Shown here: positions 1-13,297 of the stretch, piece after piece | Layout: each line of letters begins with the position of its first letter | Position numbering within the stretch: the first letter of the stretch is position 1 | Source of the DNA: Bispira polyomma | Lineage: Eukaryota | Length of the DNA stretch: 64,000 bases | NCBI GenBank assembly: GCA_965649765.1 | Contig: OZ287749.1 | Span: 41,540,001 to 41,604,000 of the forward strand | Reading direction: 5' to 3' | The notes under the pieces: generated by a model | What the model saw: the letters and a program-made list of their open reading frames with translations, nothing else | Databases searched by the model: none | What the model was told of the DNA's origin: nothing | Made by a program: the position numbers and the translations under genes

Positions 1-3
1 ATA

Positions 4-187
4 CAGTGGAACCTCTATTTTATGGACATCTTGGGAGAGTGAGAATTTGTTTGGATAATAGAAGGTCCATAAAATAGAAGTGGCATTTGAATATGAAACA
101 TAGCAAAAAATAGGTTTGGGGGAGTGAAATTAAAACCATAAAATCAATTATTCGGATACTAGAGGTCGGATATTAGAGGTTATACTG
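4..187. mobile_element. Tc1/mariner(pogo)-type MITE; related copies near 29430-29634, 47749-47923, 49469-49610, 59790-59979
   Basis: TA-CAGTGGAACCTCT...AGAGGTTATACTG-TA termini; shared internal GGATAATAGAAGGTCCATAAAATAGAA. Confidence 0.75.
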
Positions 188-579
188 TACTTTAAATGGC
201 CCCATATTTTAGGGTTTAGCAATATATTGCTGAGGAAAGACACTAGCTGATTAATACTTTGAATAGCCCCACATTTTAGGGTGTACAGTGTAACTAGAAC
301 TAGTGTAAATCAAATTTATCTCTAACAAGAACCATTTCTCTGGTCCTAACATTCAGAATCCTAGTTTAAATTAGGTATAAGTAGAAGTTAGCCAGAAGTA
401 GAACCAAATCTTGTAGATATTGAACTTTTGGCAGAGAGTCTACTGTATAACAACACATATTTAAAAAGTCCATTTGGTGGAAAAAAAAAAAAAAAAGAGG
501 ACAAAATATTCAAATATCTTTGCTCAATACATTTTTGGACAATCAGTTCACACTTGCAGGGATGTATTTCTGTTGACAG

Positions 580-734
580 GGTATTCAGCTGGTGTGGGAG
601 TCCTATAAACTAGACCCATACGTACAGAAGCTGGCAGAACACGTGTTCAACTTCCAGGAGAAAGTGGATGATTTGCTTGTTTCAGAGGAGGATATTGACG
701 GAGAAGTCCGAATGCTGGAGACCTGTGCCTATGG
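580..734 (+). CDS. DYNC1H1: Dynein HC exon (tail; [16 protein letters not shown]...)
   Basis: cag|GGT...TATGG|gtaagt; not in ORF track. Confidence 0.93.
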
Positions 735-1477
735 GTAAGTAGTGTTGCAATCAAATTTTTCAGTTATAACCAGTTTCCGAAAGAAGAGTCTGGTGAAATT
801 TGTTTTTTTGCGGTTCTTCACTTAAACATCTGGTTATACATAAAATGTGTACATAAGCCATAATTCCATACATGAGCCATAATTCTAAAGAGGATATGGA
901 TCTTTTCTAAAGTTTTAATGCAAAAATATATCAAATTAGCCCATCATAATATGGTTATGATGTAGATATGGTAAATTACCAGGATTTTGTACAATAATTC
1001 TTGCTAATTATCTACTTTTTGGTCAACCAGTAATTGCTTTTGCCTTGTGATAGATTGTTTTAGCATTTAAAAAGTATTTTCAACTTTCCAGCATCAGTGA
1101 GGTGGGCAGTGGCAATGTTTGACATTAGGAGGTCCCATATGGCCTAGTGGTTAGGGTGTTGGTCTGGTAATATGAAGGTTTGATTCCTGGTACCCGCCAC
1201 TAGTTTCATTGGTGGGGATAACACACGTTTGCCCAGTGGCTCGGATGACCACTTTAAATGGCGGTCTTATGTCAGTGACTCCTATCTCCTGTGGCAGGCT
1301 AAATAATAGTTAAGATTCTTGGGGATGTGGATAAATGGTCATCTGCAAGCCTCTCGCTTCAGTTAAAGGAATGACAATAACTGAAGCAGTTGACTGTTTA
1401 CAATCAGAAAAGGGTTAAATAGCATTTTGTGTACTAGAGCAATGTAGATATAGATAACAATCATTGTCACCTTTCAG

Positions 1478-1757
1478 TTTCAACACATTCACGGAGGTTC
1501 TGAAGAAGATTCAGAAGGCTGTGGATGACCTGAGCCTTCACCAGTATTCTAACCTGCCCCAGTGGGTGGCCAAGGTGGACAAGGAGGTGGAGAGTAAGCT
1601 AGCCTCTCGTCTACAGGCAGGCATCAAAGCCTGGATGGACGCACTGCAGGAAAGCTCTGACCTCACCGAGGGCAAGAGGAGTGGGATGGACATGAACATG
1701 GACACAGACGCACCAGTGGAGCAGGGCCATAAACTGGGAGGGGAACCACAGATTAAG
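1478..1757 (+). CDS. DYNC1H1: Dynein HC exon (FNTFTEVLKKIQKAVDDL...HKLGGEPQIK)
   Basis: ttcag|TTT...AAG|gtatgg; donor is reiterated downstream. Confidence 0.92.
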
Positions 1758-2513
1758 GTATGGCAGGGCCATAAACTGGGAGAGGAACCACAGAATAAGG
1801 TATGGCAGGGCCATAAACTGGGAGGGGAACCACAGATTAAGGTATGGTAAGGCCATAGACTGGGAGGGGAACCACAGAATAAGGTATGGCAGGGCCGTAA
1901 GCTGGGGAGGGAACCACAGAATAAGGTATGGCAGGGCCATAAGCTGGGGAGGGAACCACAGATTAAGGTATGGCAGGGCCATAAGCTGGGAGGGGAACCA
2001 CAGAATAAGGTATGGCAGGGCCATAAACTGGGAGGGGAACCACAGATTAAGGTATGGTAGGGCCATAAACTGAGAGGGGAACCACAGAATAAGGTATGGC
2101 AGGGCCGTAAGCTGGGGAGGGAACCACAGAATAAGGTATGGCAGGGCCATAAGCTGGGGAGGGAACCACAGAATAAGGTATGGCAGGGCCATAAACTGCG
2201 TGGGGAACCACAGATTAAGGTATGGCAGGGCCATAAACTGAGAGGGGAACCACAGAATAAGGTATGGCAGGGCCGTAAGCTGGGGAGGGAACCACAGAAT
2301 AAGATATGGCAGGTCCATAAGCTGGGGAGGGAACCACAGAATAAGGTATGGCAGGGTCATAAGCTGGGGAGGGAACCACAAATTAAGGTATGGCAGGGCC
2401 ATAAGCTGGGGAGGGAACCACAGATTAAGGTATGGCATGGCCATAAGCTGGGAGGGGAACCACAGATTAAGGTATGGTAGGGCCATAAGCTGGGAGGGGA
2501 ACCACAGATTAAG
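1721..2513 (+). repeat. 42-bp minisatellite (about 19 copies) made of the exon end plus the 5' splice donor
   Basis: Unit CAGGGCCATAAACTGGGAGGGGAACCACAGATTAAG|GTATGG. Confidence 0.97.
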
Positions 2514-2944
2514 ACAAAGCTCTTGATCCAGCCTTCTTGGTTGGTCTTACAGAGGAAACAGAAAATCTCTTTCACCTCTTAAGGTTGTAGTGGTTAACAC
2601 ACTCACCTCCCACCGCTAACGTTGTTGGTTTAAATCTTTATGTTGGAAAGTTGGCAGTTACTTGCTAATGCTCGGTGGGTTACAGTGCAGAATCTTGACC
2701 AACTAGTATGCACTGCTAGAAAAAAACTGCCTATTGTGATATGACCTATACAATACCCAAATGAATCAATCAAAATAACATTGTAAAATCTGTCTATACA
2801 AAAAACACATTAGAGGACCTCTGTGTAGTCTTTGAAGTAGAAAATCAGAAAAAGAGTACCCTCTTTTGGCTCATGCCTTAAAATTTCACCATATAATGGG
2901 TATTAAATTGATCATCATAATGATTTATTTTTATTCTCTTCTAG

Positions 2945-3091
2945 GATCTGATCCACGAGATCCGCATTACCAACCAGATGATGTATCTGCACCCACCTGT
3001 AGAAGGCGCCAGAGAGGCTCTCCATCAGGAACTGTTTGGATGGGAGGCTGTGGTGTTACAACTGCCACGTGTACAGCACTCCAGATACATG
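2945..3091 (+). CDS. DYNC1H1: Dynein HC exon (DLIHEIRITNQ...HSRYM)
   Basis: ctag|GAT...ATG|gtgag. Confidence 0.93.
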
Positions 3092-3414
3092 GTGAGATAC
3101 AAGTTGTAACAATATATAAAAGGCTACATTGTCTGAACTTCTGTCTGTGCAAAACATTCATCCCCAATACAATGTGGTCACTTGGCATAAATTGATTGTA
3201 CGGCTTACATTTAATTATTTACAAAGACTTTTGACAGTTTTTTGTGGAAAATATCAATATCTGAGTTAGTGAAATTATGTTTTATAAAACATATTTTAGT
3301 ATATCATCATGAATAAATACCAGCAAAAATTGACTTGAATTGAGTGTATTTGCTTTGTTCAATTATAATAATACTTTGATTTCTTTTGCAATATACTGTC
3401 ACTCCTTTGTGTAG

Positions 3415-3546
3415 GTTGTCCAAGAATCCGGCTCCGAGTCAGAGACGACCTACAAGACGCTGCTGTCTAAACTAGATACTGATGTTCTTGACAGCGCTTA
3501 CGGCGCAGTGGAGGATCTGATTGGAAAAGTCAACAGCTACGTGGCG
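3415..3546 (+). CDS. DYNC1H1: Dynein HC exon (VVQESGSESETTYK...NSYVA)
   Basis: gtag|GTT...GCG|gtcagt; in frame with neighbours. Confidence 0.88.
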
Positions 3547-4093
3547 GTCAGTAAATAAAGGAAATCACATTTTGCTTCTTTATTTTCTGACGGTCTTTGT
3601 TATATTGGCCAAAATGCTCAAGTTGTTTTTCCTGTGTCCCTTATACTTATTTAAAGAGTCAATGATATATATTTAGTGAACTAATGTAATCTGATGATAA
3701 TTGTTGTTGGAGTTTCTTGAAAAGTATAAATAATAATGGTTATTGTTTGTAGACCATTTTATCCTTCTGTTTTAAGTCATTTTTAGTACAAAATGTAAAT
3801 TACCTCTGTCATGATGCTTATGTTTTTGCCTGCGTCTGTTGGTTGCTTTGTTTGTCGCCAAAATTATAAAAAAAAAACACTACTGAACAGATTGACATGA
3901 AATTTAGTCCAGGGATAGGGAATGGGCCATGGAAGAAATAAATAAATTTTGAATTGAATCTAGGTAGAAGGTCCAATCAAGTTTTGTTGCTGTGTAGGAA
4001 TGCGGCACCTTGATTGAGGTATGCGCTCTATTGAGTGCCTTTCTTGTTATCAGTGTATTTGATCTAGACCTGGTTTATGTTTCTACTGTATAG

Positions 4094-4197
4094 AACTGGT
4101 TCAAGTACCAGACACTGTGGGACCTGCAGTCAGACATTATATATGGAAAGGTGTGTGAGAATATTGAGAAGTGGATGTCGCTGTTGGAAGAGATCAA
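4094..4197 (+). CDS. DYNC1H1: Dynein HC exon (NWFKYQTLWDLQ...)
   Basis: tag|AAC...AA|gtgagt. Confidence 0.92.
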
Positions 4198-5229
4198 GTG
4201 AGTTTACAAAATATATTAGCTTCTCTACTGTCTGATTGTCAAATTTTATGAACACAGTTTAACTCTGCAAAATATATATATTATCATATTGTTATTTTAT
4301 ATTGAGCTGTCTTTTCGCTTTTATATACCTTCTCTTATCCAAATTCAATCTTTCTCTCTTAACATGTTGAAATAAAGATGTTTTCCTGTATAGTAAACCT
4401 ATGTAGTTGTGAGATAATCAAAATTTTACCTCAAAAACAAAGTGCTTAATACACAGTAACGATTAAATTTTTGTGTTAAAAAGTGTGTGCTGGAATACTG
4501 CTGGAATATATTGGTTTGATGCTAATAAAACATGTTTAATAAGTAAATAATTTATAATGTTTCTATTTGTAAATGATGGCTATTAGTGTAAGCGGCTGCT
4601 TTACTATCGCAACCCTCTCACCTGAGCATAGTGGGTGTGACTCCCACTGCTTCCTTTATGTGAACAAAGTTGCCAAGTACTTGCAGTGGGTCAGTGGTTT
4701 GTAGTACAAATAGTCCTGGTTCCCTGCAAAAATAAATGTGGCCACCACAATATGACCAAAGATGTTGTAAGTGACATTAAGAAAATGAAGTCAAATTCAA
4801 CTTTTACATAAATGTGAATTCTTTGTAAAGTTGCAAATTAAAATGTTGGTAATTCATTTATTATACGTGTCAACATAAAGGATTAGAACTTACTGTACAT
4901 ATTAATAACATATCCTGAAAGGAGTAGATAATATTTTAAATATGGTCGTGCACAGAGTTTTCGATGCATGTACGTTTTCGTGGTACACGTAAATTAAGCA
5001 GCAATATGGTATCAAATTACTTAGTAAAATTTTTTTTAATTATGTGGTGTACTGCATTCATCTTGTGTGATTATCCTTTATTGTTTTCACATAAAACTCC
5101 TGTAATAAACATCTACCACGAAAACACAAGTGACACGAAAACTCCTGAAACTACGATAGCATAAGAATTCTACTGTATCACTGTAACAGCTGTTGAGGTT
5201 TGTCTAATTTTGATCCCCTGTGTACATAG

Positions 5230-5413
5230 ACAAGCAAGGAAGACGTTTGACACGACGGAGAGTTTCCGTAAGTTTGGCCCAGTCCACATTGACTACAGTA
5301 AAGTACAGTCCAAAGTGAGTCTCAAGTACGACTCTCTGCACAAAGAGGTGCTGTCCAAGTTTGGGAACATGCTGGGACGAGAGATGATGGACTTCCACAC
5401 CTCCGTCTCTAAG
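5230..5413 (+). CDS. DYNC1H1: Dynein HC exon ([17 protein letters not shown]...HTSVSK)
   Basis: tag|A...AAG|gtacac. Confidence 0.93.
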
Positions 5414-5981
5414 GTACACTTACTTGTAAAGCTGTAGTATCTGAACAGTTCAGGGGAGCAGTAAATTCATTCACTTTATAGACTACAGTCAAAATGTCTT
5501 CAAGTAGAACTCTGTCTAATCAACTTTTAAGTGGAGAAGAAGTTCTTGTCGCACAAAAGCCTTTTCTTTTAAAAATGTACCATGTTAAGAAATTTATATC
5601 CGGCTTAGAGGTATATTCCTTGGTCCCTTACTGTGACTTCAAGGGTTGAAGTGTATTTCTGCTCTTACCTGTTATAGAGTAAATCTGTCTGTTATAATAG
5701 TGATTATTTTAACTGATAGTTAATAACTTTTGTGCTTGGTTCCTGTCCAGTTAACAGTAAGTAAAATCAACAATAGAAAAGCAACTTGGATAATCCCTAT
5801 AAATATTCTAATTTTCCTCTACATATTCACCATATAGTAGTACACTTTTCTCTGTATTTTCAAGGGGCTAGATAATACAACACATTTGATATTCTGCTCC
5901 GTGTTGCATAGCAAGACATCATATCCCAAGATAATATTTAAAAAAAAGTGGATAATGTAAACATTATGTGTTGTGCTTCAG

Positions 5982-6101
5982 TCCCGTGGTGACCTCGAGC
6001 AGCAGAGTATTGAGGCTGCGGACACGTCTGATGCTGTGACCTTCATCACCTATGTCCAGTCTCTGAAAAGAAAGATGAAGAACTGGGAGAAAAATGTTGA
6101 G
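5982..6101 (+). CDS. DYNC1H1: Dynein HC exon (SRGDLEQQS...[15 protein letters not shown])
   Basis: cag|TCC...GAG|gtacag. Confidence 0.93.
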
Positions 6102-6976
6102 GTACAGAATGTTTTGTCACACTAAGGACACGCTGTGGTTAGATCAGTTATGATGGTGGCGAAAATTAAGGTCTGGGATATTGCATGTCAAAAAAAAACA
6201 TTCCGATTCCAGATACTGCAAAATAAACCCAACTACAGCAAATCGAACGATACCTTCACAATAGGAAGAAATCGAAATCAAATCGAAACAAAATAGGCAT
6301 ATTGTTTATAAACTACCAGAAAAGTACTAAAAACCCTCAAATTTTAGTAGTCTGTCAACATAAAACCTATTTTATGATTCAATAGATACAGTTTGTGATT
6401 TTTTTGCTGTAAAAAGCCTGCATTTTGGGAATTCTGGATACCGAAGACACCAGCAAAATGTTGCCAAAACCGAGATACCAGGACTACTATTTCAACTGGG
6501 CTTTGTGTTCTTACACTACCAATCTCTGCAAAATTCCTAATGTATCGCTGGTTGATCAAACCCATCAGCGTAATGCCTTATTGTGCTTGACAATTGTATG
6601 ACCACTGTAGTTTACACAATTTATATATGAAAATTACCATCCTCTTCATTTTATGTACAAAAAAAGCCAGTTGATCTTTTAGAGGCAACACTTGTAGTTC
6701 ACCTCTAGCTGGATGCACAGTGAAAAGATTACTTCTTAATGAGTGACCATGTGCTCTTTGACAGCTGTAGTAAAAATTCCCCTCATAAAACCATCTTCCT
6801 TCTTCATTTCACAGATACACAAAGAAGGCCAGTTTATCCTAGAAATTGAGCACTTCCAGTTCTCTCTAAACCGGATGAACAGTGAAACCTTTACTCTTTA
6901 ATATGTAACCATGTACACTTTAATAGCTTTAATACAAACTCCCCCAAATAAAACTCCCTTCGTTTTGATTTCTCAG

Positions 6977-7216
6977 ATGTTTAAGGAAGGTCAGTTCATC
7001 CTAGAGAGGCAGCGCTTCCAGTTCCCCTCTAACTGGATGTACAGTGACAACATTGAGGGTGAGTGGTCCGCCTTCACCGACATCCTGAGACGCAAGGACT
7101 CCTCCATCTCCACACAGGTGGCCAGTCTCCAAATGAAGATTGTGTCCGAGGACAAAGTGGTGGAGAGTAAGACATCTGACCTCCTCATTGAGTGGGACAA
7201 GGAGAAACCGGTAGAG
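6977..7216 (+). CDS. DYNC1H1: Dynein HC exon ([17 protein letters not shown]...KEKPVE)
   Basis: cag|ATG...GAG|gtgagt. Confidence 0.94.
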
Positions 7217-7910
7217 GTGAGTCTGAGATCATTAAAATGTAAATTATCATTTATATAGAGCTTTATTTCAAAGCGCGGTACACAGTTTACACCCCCAGCC
7301 TAGGTTCTTCCACTTTTCATCCAATTGTTTAGTCTCATGTCCCTAAAGAAACATACTAGCCATGCTGCCTCATACAGTGTACTGACACACACCCATTAAT
7401 AGCCAGATACTCATTTATTCTTGCGTGGATTGGGACGACTTTGTGTAAAGTACCTTATCCAAGGGTATAATCTCCAGGCCAACAGCGAGGATCAAACCTG
7501 GACTGTCGGATCGTTTAGATCCAAAGTCTAGCACTCAAACCGCTAGGCCACAGATACTACACTAGCTTAGTCATTACACTGTGCAAACAAAATCGATATG
7601 TTAAATCAATGACGGCTATGTGTTTATGTGATAGAAAAGTCGTGAAATGTTGTTTTTTTTTTTTCATTATTTGTGGGAACCTAGTTCTTGTAACCATTCA
7701 TAGAGCTATCAGCACTGAATTCAAATATATAAGAAGAATTTACTTAATTTTACTCTAATCTGAATTTGAGAAAAGCAGTACAATTTTACTGATTTTGACT
7801 GTAGGCAGAAATAAGGAGCTGAAAAAATACATTTACAAAATGTCCAATGTTGTGTGTACTTTTAACAAAAATTTTGGGGAGAGTAACAGATCCATTTTAA
7901 TGTACTACAG

Positions 7911-8034
7911 GGCAACCTGAAACCCAGTGAGGCAAGCAAGAACTTGGCCATATTTGAAGGAAGGTTCCAAAGGTTGAAGGAGGAAAGGGATAATGTGTGG
8001 AAAGCCAAAGAAGCTCTAGAACTAGCTGAACCAG
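7911..8034 (+). CDS. DYNC1H1: Dynein HC exon (GNLKPSEA...AKEALELAEP)
   Basis: cag|GGC...CCAG|gtaaat. Confidence 0.93.
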
Positions 8035-8765
8035 GTAAATATGTTAATGTATTAACTTTATAAATGGAAGAACTAACAGACACTATCAAGGAAGTAGCAC
8101 TGTGCTGTAACTAATACACTAGTCATGTTCGTTCCTTCATATGGAAGAGTTTGTCAGGTATGAGAGCCGCAATTAAATCTGGCTATCATGATCAGACCTA
8201 ACCTGTTCAAAATAATGTAAAACCCATGTAAAGTCAAATTTATTGATGCTGCATGGTTAAGCAATGATTTATTTACAATTAGTGGCAATAGTCTACAGAG
8301 AGGCACAAATACTGACAATAGAGAAGGTGCAAGTTGCAAAGAATGAATGGCCTTTCACAATGAATGTATGATTGCCTTATGTATGCATATATTTTGTTAT
8401 AATATACTATGGTTGGAACATAATTGTTGCCAAGCATAAAACTGTTCTATCTCATGATGATTAGCCAAGGTTCTTCTAGGTTGTCTACATAAAACTACGC
8501 CTTCCATTAAAAATTACCAAGGTTAACTACAGTTTCGAAATTGGGGTTGACTGTAACCCTGATTTGTGATAGTACTAGGCATAAAATCAAATCATTTGCA
8601 ATAGGTCGGTGATTTGCAGTGCTTTGGCACTGGTTTCCCCCACCACTAAACCTGGTCATCACAATATGACCAAACGGTTGAAAGTGACGTAAAACCCAAA
8701 TAAATTCAAGATCTGATCATTGTGTAGTTATATAATACCGTACTCAAAGTGTTCCGTTATTGTAG

Positions 8766-8911
8766 GAGACATGAGTCCCTCAGAAGATCGGGTCCTGGTG
8801 GCCATGGAAGAACTGCAGGACCTGAAGGGTGTGTGGAATGAACTGTCCAAGATCTGGGAACAAGTGGATGATTTGAAAGATAAACCCTGGCTGTCTGTAC
8901 AGCCAAGAAAG
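8766..8911 (+). CDS. DYNC1H1: Dynein HC exon ([10 protein letters not shown]...SVQPRK)
   Basis: tag|GA...AAG|gtaaaa. Confidence 0.94.
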
Positions 8912-9328
8912 GTAAAATACTGGGGCAACTTTACACACAATAAATCGTATTATAATAGCTGTTGGGTTTGGTTTGCTGGCTGTTATATAATGACCAAATA
9001 TGTTGAAGATGATTTAAAACCCCAATAAATTCATATTGATAGAGGTAGAATAAGTTGACATAAAAGGGGCGATCATAGCATGAAAGTTTGAATTTAGTGT
9101 AAAAGGAATAACGTAAGAAGTAATTTTTGTGATATAAGTTGGCCCTTATTACTTTATGGCTTAATAAATTGTTAAGTGTTTCCTTGTGCCTCTGTAGTTG
9201 GGAAGTAACTTCATTCTGATGTGAAACATGGATAGGTGATGAAACCATAGCACTAGCTTTGTTAGTGGTGTGGACAGTCGTAATATCAAAAGTTACTGAA
9301 TGGTTATGCTTTTGTGTTGTATTCATAG

Positions 9329-9439
9329 CTCCGCCAGTCACTAGATGCTCTTGTGAACCAGTTGAAGGAATTGCCAGCTCGTTTGAGACAGTATGCATCT
9401 TACGAGTATGTGAAGAGAACTCTGCAGACTTTTTGCAAG
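9329..9439 (+). CDS. DYNC1H1: Dynein HC exon ([26 protein letters not shown])
   Basis: tag|CTC...AAG|gtaagg. Confidence 0.94.
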
Positions 9440-9986
9440 GTAAGGATTTTTTGTCCAATTTGCTGAAGAACCTGTTACACATGGGTCGGGTTGCACTTAA
9501 TACACTTACCTTACTCTACAAGAAAATCTGTCAGTGCCAGACTCTGCTATTTACCTTTATTCACTATCAACTTGTAAGATAAATTCATTTCACACCATGT
9601 TACCATAAAAGTAACATTATAGACAAATGTGTTTTAGCATTTTATTTTGTGTTCATTGTTTGAGACTAAGATTTTGTTCATGTAATAAAAGGTTTATAAA
9701 ATGTAAGATGCATGTTAGTATGAAACAATAAGAAAATATATATTTGGAAGAGTAAAAATGAAGACTTAGGCTTAAATTTAAAGTCCACATACCTCTGGCT
9801 ACAGTGTAGTTAAGTCTAATCTGAGTGTATTTGAATTCAGCACTGAAAGCTCTATTAAAATGGTCATATAAGTACAGGTTATCTCCATATACAAGGACTT
9901 CCACATGGCCTTCATTTGAGTTTGAGTTTCTTTCGAGATTACAGGCCCTGGCACATAACTTGTAATATATTGATTCCAACCATCAG

Positions 9987-10196
9987 GTGAACATGATGAT
10001 TGTTGAGCTGAAGTCGGAGGCAGTAAAGGAGCGTCACTGGAAGCAGTTGATGAAGAAGCTGCGTGTGAAGTGGGTGTTGTCTGAGCTGACCCTGGGTCAC
10101 ATCTGGGATATTGACCTCCAGAAGAATGAGATGCTGGTGAAGGATGTACTACTGGTGGCACAGGGGGAGATGGCTTTGGAGGAGTTCCTCAAGCAG
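9987..10196 (+). CDS. DYNC1H1: Dynein HC exon (linker; [12 protein letters not shown]...[13 protein letters not shown])
   Basis: cag|GTG...CAG|gtaaca. Confidence 0.95.
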
Positions 10197-10736
10197 GTAA
10201 CACTTAGGACTAGGCTTTTAAAGGCATTGTGGTATTGCTGGGAGTTTTCAAGGCATTGTACTTGCCAATCCCGGTGGTTTACAGTGCAGAATCTTGCCCA
10301 ACTAGTATGCGCTGCTTTCCCCTACCAGTAATACTGCCCATCGTGATATGACCTATACAATGTGTTAATAGTGACGATTAAACCCCAATCAATGAGTCAA
10401 TCAATTACAGGTATTGTGGTATATTATTTTTTGGGCGTTTCTTGGTGTATACGCACAGGTACCAGGGTACCTGCGTCTTGGAATAATTAGTGCACACCAT
10501 CTGTATACTATGGGTAAGTTATATATATGGTACCGAAAAAAAAATAATAAAGTTTTGCACAAATTTTATCATGAAAATGTAGCTGATTTAGATAGTTGTA
10601 AATACAAGTATTACTTTCTGTGTCATAATCCATACATTTACATTGTTACAATATTACTGCAGGTACCTTAAGTAAAGTATATGTAAAAAGTGCAGGTATT
10701 TAGCAAGTGTGTGGTATCTTAACTAATTCCCCACAG

Positions 10737-10883
10737 GTGAGTGAGGTGTGGAAGACCTATGAGCTGGAAATGGTCAACTACCAGCAGAAGTGTCGCCTCA
10801 TCAGAGGCTGGGATGACCTCTTCACCAAGGTCAAAGAGCACATCAACAGTGTGACCGCCATGAAACTCTCTCCCTACTACAAG
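10737..10883 (+). CDS. DYNC1H1: Dynein HC exon (linker; [12 protein letters not shown]...KLSPYYK)
   Basis: cag|GTG...AAG|gtaatc. Confidence 0.95.
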
Positions 10884-11578
10884 GTAATCTCACTCTTACC
10901 ATATCAGGTGTATTTTTAAGTTTTAATTATTCCTTCACCATTATATGAAAATAGTTTATTGTTTAAAAGAGCTGTAATCTAGTTTATACAAAAATTGAGA
11001 AAATAAGTATGACACTTATGAGTACTTTAACCTGGACACTTTTTACAACTCCTTTCCCTGCCAAATATTATCCCTATCTAGTTATATATGATTATTCAAA
11101 TTAAACTAATGACATTTTGTCAATATTTAAGTGCTGGAAGCTTAAATAGTTACTATTGTGAGTATTAAGCCTGCAAACATGGATAAAGTTTAAATTGGGT
11201 GAACATAAGAATTGAATGAAGAATAAATCTAATGGAAAATTTTTGAGACTGTATAATTTTTTGTTAATTTGCTGTTTTGAATAAATTTAATGGATTTAAT
11301 TTCATTGTTGGATATAGAGTAAGGAATGTAAAATTCGCCACTGTATTTAAAATTCAATTTAAGCCAAATCCATCACAACTGGCAAAAATTTACCTAAATT
11401 TAGGCAACTAGGCAAAATATCACAAAATCTAATTTTCAGCAAATATTTCCAACAATTCTACCAAAAACACATAATTTTCTTGGTGGAGAATTTCAGATAC
11501 AATGGGGAATTGTTGATTCCTTACTCTTTTTTACATAATAGATTAATACAATGTATCTCGTGTATTGTGTCTGTGTAG

Positions 11579-11746
<168 letters not shown>

Positions 11747-12219
11747 TAAGAGGGTCTTCTGGTGTAAACCTTAAACTGTGTGTACGGGGTACTTGTGTGT
11801 GACTTGCTGTAAAGACTAGGTAGATCAATTTAAACAGAAATTTAGTGAGAGAAAAGGCCAATGAACAGTGGGTAGTTGTATATTGTTAGCCGAGTAATAT
11901 TGACACATCTAATGTTAGTGTTTGTTTATATCTGTTATTTCAAATCCGGTTAAAGTGCAAACTGTTTTCTGAAATGTTTATATATTTGCTACACACATGG
12001 GTAATATATTCTAACTTTTGCAAGGTATTTTTGCATTTTATTTGTAACCATTATTTCTGTGTGGGTAAAAAAAACCCCAAAACCAACAGTCAGACAATAT
12101 ATATTGATAAAGACACAAAAATAGGGTAGTATGATTATAAGTACAGTGATTAGTTTTCAGATTTTTTATAATGTGCCATTGTACCCATTGTTGTCTGATG
12201 TGTGTGTGTGTGGTTTCAG

Positions 12220-12393
12220 TGTGAGCACCGAGTTCCTAGGGCTGATGAAGAAGGTAGCCAGGTATCCCCTGGTGATGGATGTACTCAACATCCCCAATGT
12301 ACAGAGACAGCTGGAGAGACTGGCGGATCTACTCAACAAGATCCAGAAAGCCCTGGGAGAGTATCTGGAGAGGGAGAGGGCTTCATTCCCCAG
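12220..12393 (+). CDS. DYNC1H1: Dynein HC exon (linker; [18 protein letters not shown])
   Basis: cag|T...AG|gtaatg. Confidence 0.95.
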
Positions 12394-13131
12394 GTAATGG
12401 AGGGTGTTAGACTCTAAGTAAACTCTAGATCTAAGTATACAGTAAAGCCGCCGATAGTGAACACCCTGAAAGACATCACAGCTGCACAAAATTGTGAAGT
12501 TGACTGGTCATCTTAACACTTTTTCCCAGTCCTATTTTGCCACTGGTAAATTGTACAGTATATCCGAATTGTTTGGGCACCAGTATCTTTTTGGTGAAAA
12601 ATTTAGCTATTTCCCTTAAGCATTCAGGAGGTTTTACTGTATAGATCATATATGGCAAAAATAGAATAAAGATGTCTGCCGTTACTACCATGTCGAAAAA
12701 GTTATTTCTTAATGAAAATAAAAATAGACCAATGATTCAAAACTCTTTATGATATAGCCAAAGCTAATTAACAATATTTATCAAGTTTATCATGTTTCGT
12801 ATGGTTCCCGAATGAGTGAAATCTTGATATAGCCTTACATTATACAACGCTTTATTAATGCAAGCCTCAGAAAGTCTTGTTAAGAAAATCTTCAGCAGCT
12901 AATCTGTACTAGTTTAATCCACCAATAAGCGGTCAGTCGTAACCTCCAGGGAACTAAAAAAATACCTCTAATTAAGTAGGATTTTCACTTACCAGGGTAC
13001 ATTTTAAAAAAATACATATTTTTTCTTCAAAAAATATTAAAGTTCTACTTAAAGAAGGTTGAATGTAAAATGTTGATATTGAAAGTGATGTTTTTACCAT
13101 GACAAACCACATTATTCTTACTGTTGTGTAG

Positions 13132-13297
13132 ATTCTACTTTGTTGGAGATGAGGATCTACTGGAAATCATTGGTAACAGTAAGAACATAGGCCGGCTACA
13201 GAAGCACTTCAAGAAGATGTTTGCAGGAGTGCACTCCATCATAGTGGACGAAGACCAGACTCAGGCTCGGGGATTGGCCTCTAAGGAAGGGGAAGAG
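13132..13297 (+). CDS. DYNC1H1: Dynein HC exon (linker; [14 protein letters not shown]...SKEGEE)
   Basis: tag|A...GAG|gtcagt. Confidence 0.95.

Noticed and set aside
1135-1200. tRNA gene-like A/B boxes (also 42114-42190 and 55490-55570)
   Set aside because: There is no complete cloverleaf and they continue into repeat bodies, so they are better explained as SINE heads.
1611-2486. 291-aa minus-strand ORF of (MALPYLNLWFPSQ)-like repeats
   Set aside because: It is the antisense translation of the 42-bp donor minisatellite, with no independent coding evidence.
1721-2513. CRISPR-like appearance of regular arrays (also 27738-28108 and 56090-56730)
   Set aside because: The units are head-to-tail with no unique spacers, derive from dynein splice junctions, and there are no cas genes in this eukaryotic locus.
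8931-10161. Longer minus-strand ORFs (8931-9482, 9799-10161) and similar antisense ORFs across exons
   Set aside because: They are shadows of dynein exons and introns with no recognisable domains.
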